Shown here: in pieces, positions 62,035 to 64,000 of the stretch | Layout: every line of letters begins with the position of its first letter | Numbering within the stretch: position 1 is the stretch's first letter | Source: Psammoneis japonica | Lineage: Eukaryota | Direction: 5' to 3' | NCBI GenBank assembly: GCA_008632985.1 | Contig: QPGO01000034.1 | Location: 511,311-575,310, forward strand | DNA: 64,000 bases | Made by a program: the position numbers and the translations under genes | Notes under the pieces: model-generated | Database searches by the model: none | Told to the model about the DNA's origin: nothing | What the model saw: only the letters and a program-made list of their open reading frames with translations

Positions 62035-62309
62035 GGTGACGCCCAACGAACGGCAGGTGAAAATGGCGAAAGAGAAGGCGACACGCGACGCACGCACGCA
62101 CGGACGGATACACGTACAGTAGTACGTACGTTACGTACGTACTGTACATACAGCGACGGACGGACGGATCAAGGGATTATGGCATGTAGTACAGTGCTTG
62201 TACTCGCTCTCTACTCTCTAGGCCCTAAAGCTAAAGCAGTAATCCCTTGGACGAATGAAGGAAAGATCATCTAGCCCTGTCGCATCAGGTATGCTCTACT
62301 CTCGCTAGC

Positions 62310-62906
62310 TAGAGAGTAGAGTAGAGAGAGAGAGAGAGAGAGCAGCACCAGCTGTTGTGCTGTGAGCTCTCTCTTGTCACATTTGACGGCAAATTGGCTT
62401 CGCCAATTTTGATCGTTCGTTTCATCCGCCTGGAGTGCTCACCGGCCTTGTCATGGGCATGCTCTTTCGCTTCAAAAACCTCTGCTCCGACACTGATGAT
62501 GCCAAAGCAAAAATGAGACTGCTCTGCCTTCGACTTCAAGCTCGAGGCTGCAAGCCCAGCAAACTACAACCGCTCTTCCACAAGGCACATGACCGCATCT
62601 TTGGCAATGCCACCGGAACAATCCAAGCACCTCAGTCGAACCCCATCTTTCTGCACATCCCCTGTCATCCGAATGATCCGCCATCAAGTGAACTGCAGCA
62701 AATTTGGAAAGGTGCCATGGCCACCCCTCCCCACTCACAACCCCTCTCAAACCTTCGAAATCACGCTCGACAACGCATCGGCCTTGACCGCATGATTGTC
62801 TGTCACAGCCGCTCACACAACCTCGGAAACCTTCTGTCTTATCGCAAACTTTGCATCTCCCATGGCCCCCCAGTTTCGTCCTACCGGATTACAAATAGGG
62901 AGGCCC

Positions 62907-62941
<35 letters not shown>

Positions 62942-63235
62942 GGTGATTTGAATTAATCAATCGAGTCAACTCGCCTGTCCTCCACCACTCGGATTTTTTA
63001 ACGCAACAACCTCAACCACGTCAACAACAACAGCCGGCCGCTGATGAAGCCACCGCGAAAGTCTCATTCTCCTGACTTCGGCCAACGTTGTTGTGCCTGC
63101 TATTTACCGAAATAGTTGGATAAATATCCGATTAAGTAGCTCTACCTTAGCTACTTGTATTCTTTGTTTGTCACATTTGACGGAGAATCGGCTGCGCCGA
63201 TTCGTTCGTTCGTTCGAGAGAGAGAGAGAGAGCAG
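62310..63235 (+). mobile_element. 5'-truncated Penelope-like retroelement (RT thumb/C-terminus, 3' region with hammerhead) embedded in (GA)n/TAG microsatellite
   Basis: HPPGVLTGLVMG..R..LCSD..RLQARGC..L.PLF.KA, FLHIPCHPNDP.S..Q.W, MIVCHSRSHNLGNLLSYRK (PLE thumb). A ~45-bp direct repeat at 62374 and 63168; (GA)n at ~62325, ~62910 and ~63217. Confidence 0.8.
63025..63093 (+). ncRNA. Type I hammerhead ribozyme motif
   Basis: Stem I GGCCG(63036-40)/CGGCC(63079-83), extended by CAACAAC/GTTGTTG. Core CTGATGA(63041-47); short stem II GC-CACC-GC; GAAA(63057-60); stem III GTC/GAC; cleavage triplet CUU. Confidence 0.8.
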
Positions 63236-63251
63236 CTCTCTCCAATGGCAG

Positions 63252-63678
63252 CTGTGCCGCCCCCCGCGCGGCGACATGAACTGAGAAACAGCTGGATCCG
63301 CCTCTATTCTCCAATAGAGTGGGGCCTATACTAGAGTAGAGAGTAGAGTAGCTAGCTAGAGCTACTTCTACTAGCTAGTGCAGACAAACAGAAGTAGATC
63401 TCTGGCTAGCTCAGCCACACACGGCAGCTGCAGAGCTGATCTAGAGTAGAGAGAGAGAGAGAGTAGCTCTCTCTCTCCCTAGTAGTTCCTGTGCCGACGC
63501 CCCCCGCGCGGCAACATGAACTGAGAAACAGCTCGATCCGCCTCTATTCTCCAATAGAGTGTGGCCTTTACTAGAGTAGAAAGTAGAATAGCTGGCTAGG
63601 GCCGCTTCTGCTGGCTAGTGCAGACAAACAGAAGTAGAACTCTAGCTAGCTCAGCTACATACGGTAGCTGCAGAGCTG
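63252..63678 (+). repeat. Two copies of a 240-bp-period CTAG/GA-rich tandem unit
   Basis: 63261-63438 aligns without gaps to 63501-63678 with 17 mismatches. Confidence 0.95.
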
Positions 63679-63751
63679 CCGAAAAAGTAGTGAACGGTTT
63701 ATTCCCTTTAATCTAGGGCATCGTAGACTCCTTAGCGTTAGCGCACTGCGT

Positions 63752-64000
63752 TCAGTCTTCCTCCACCACTCGACCATCCTTGTCGAACGCCATGTATTTC
63801 AACGGGGCAAATGTCCGTCGATGAATTGGAGATGCTCCATGCGTCCGAACTGCAGCCATGTGAAGTGCTGTAGGATAGCCCTTGTGCTTTCCAAGTTGGT
63901 ACGCTGGGTACATGATGTCGTAGTCTCGCATGAGGCGATCCCTAGTCACTTTTGCCAGGATGGACGCAGCTGCAATCGAATACTCTCTCGAATCGCCTTT
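63752..64000 (-). CDS. rnhB: Ribonuclease HII (bacterial type), C-terminal part; truncated by the window end
   Basis: [27 protein letters not shown]....HKGYPT..H..A...[11 protein letters not shown]. Confidence 0.92.
   Translation of the reverse strand, partial: KGDSREYSIAAASILAKVTRDRLMRDYDIMYPAYQLGKHKGYPTALHMAAVRTHGASPIHRRTFAPLKYMAFDKDGRVVEED

Overview
Eukaryotic, intron-containing genomic DNA, most likely from a pennate diatom (short GT-AG introns, bipartite signal+AF/SF plastid presequences, diatom-type Copia). Two gene-dense blocks (~3.0-38.8 kb and ~56.0-64.0 kb) hold about 20 ordinary host genes: FUT8-like glycosyltransferase, SAM methyltransferase, USP22/Ubp8-like DUB, ACT-domain kinase, COQ4, acyl-CoA synthetase, TPR-DnaJ, RadA/Sms, Trf4/PAPD5, SAR1, GCN2, Sec1, TrmA-like, intradiol dioxygenase-like, QCR9, RNase HII and others. 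Between them lie transposon-derived tracts: a Copia 3' end and LTR nested in an unknown element (1-2.8 kb); a ~16.4 kb nest of decayed elements (39.4-55.8 kb: CRE-type LINE, Plavaka-type transposase with accessory gene, unknown cargo genes); small TIR elements (24.5-26.7 kb); and a Penelope-like retroelement 3' end with a hammerhead ribozyme (62.3-63.7 kb). The main observation is a repeat-restricted mutational signature. TpA is almost eliminated by TpA->TpG/CpA transitions (conserved Tyr->Cys/His, Leu->Pro), on top of the expected CpG->TpG/CpA decay. In the Penelope-like fragment TpA is gone while CpG is retained, and differences between tandem copies are dominated by clustered TA/TG and TA/CA changes. 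This suggests a RIP-like, adenine-directed anti-transposon process running opposite to fungal RIP. The dense six-frame Cys/His-rich ORFs in these tracts are artefacts of lost TAA/TAG stops. All dinucleotide counts are approximate hand counts, and family assignments come from motif recognition, not database searches.
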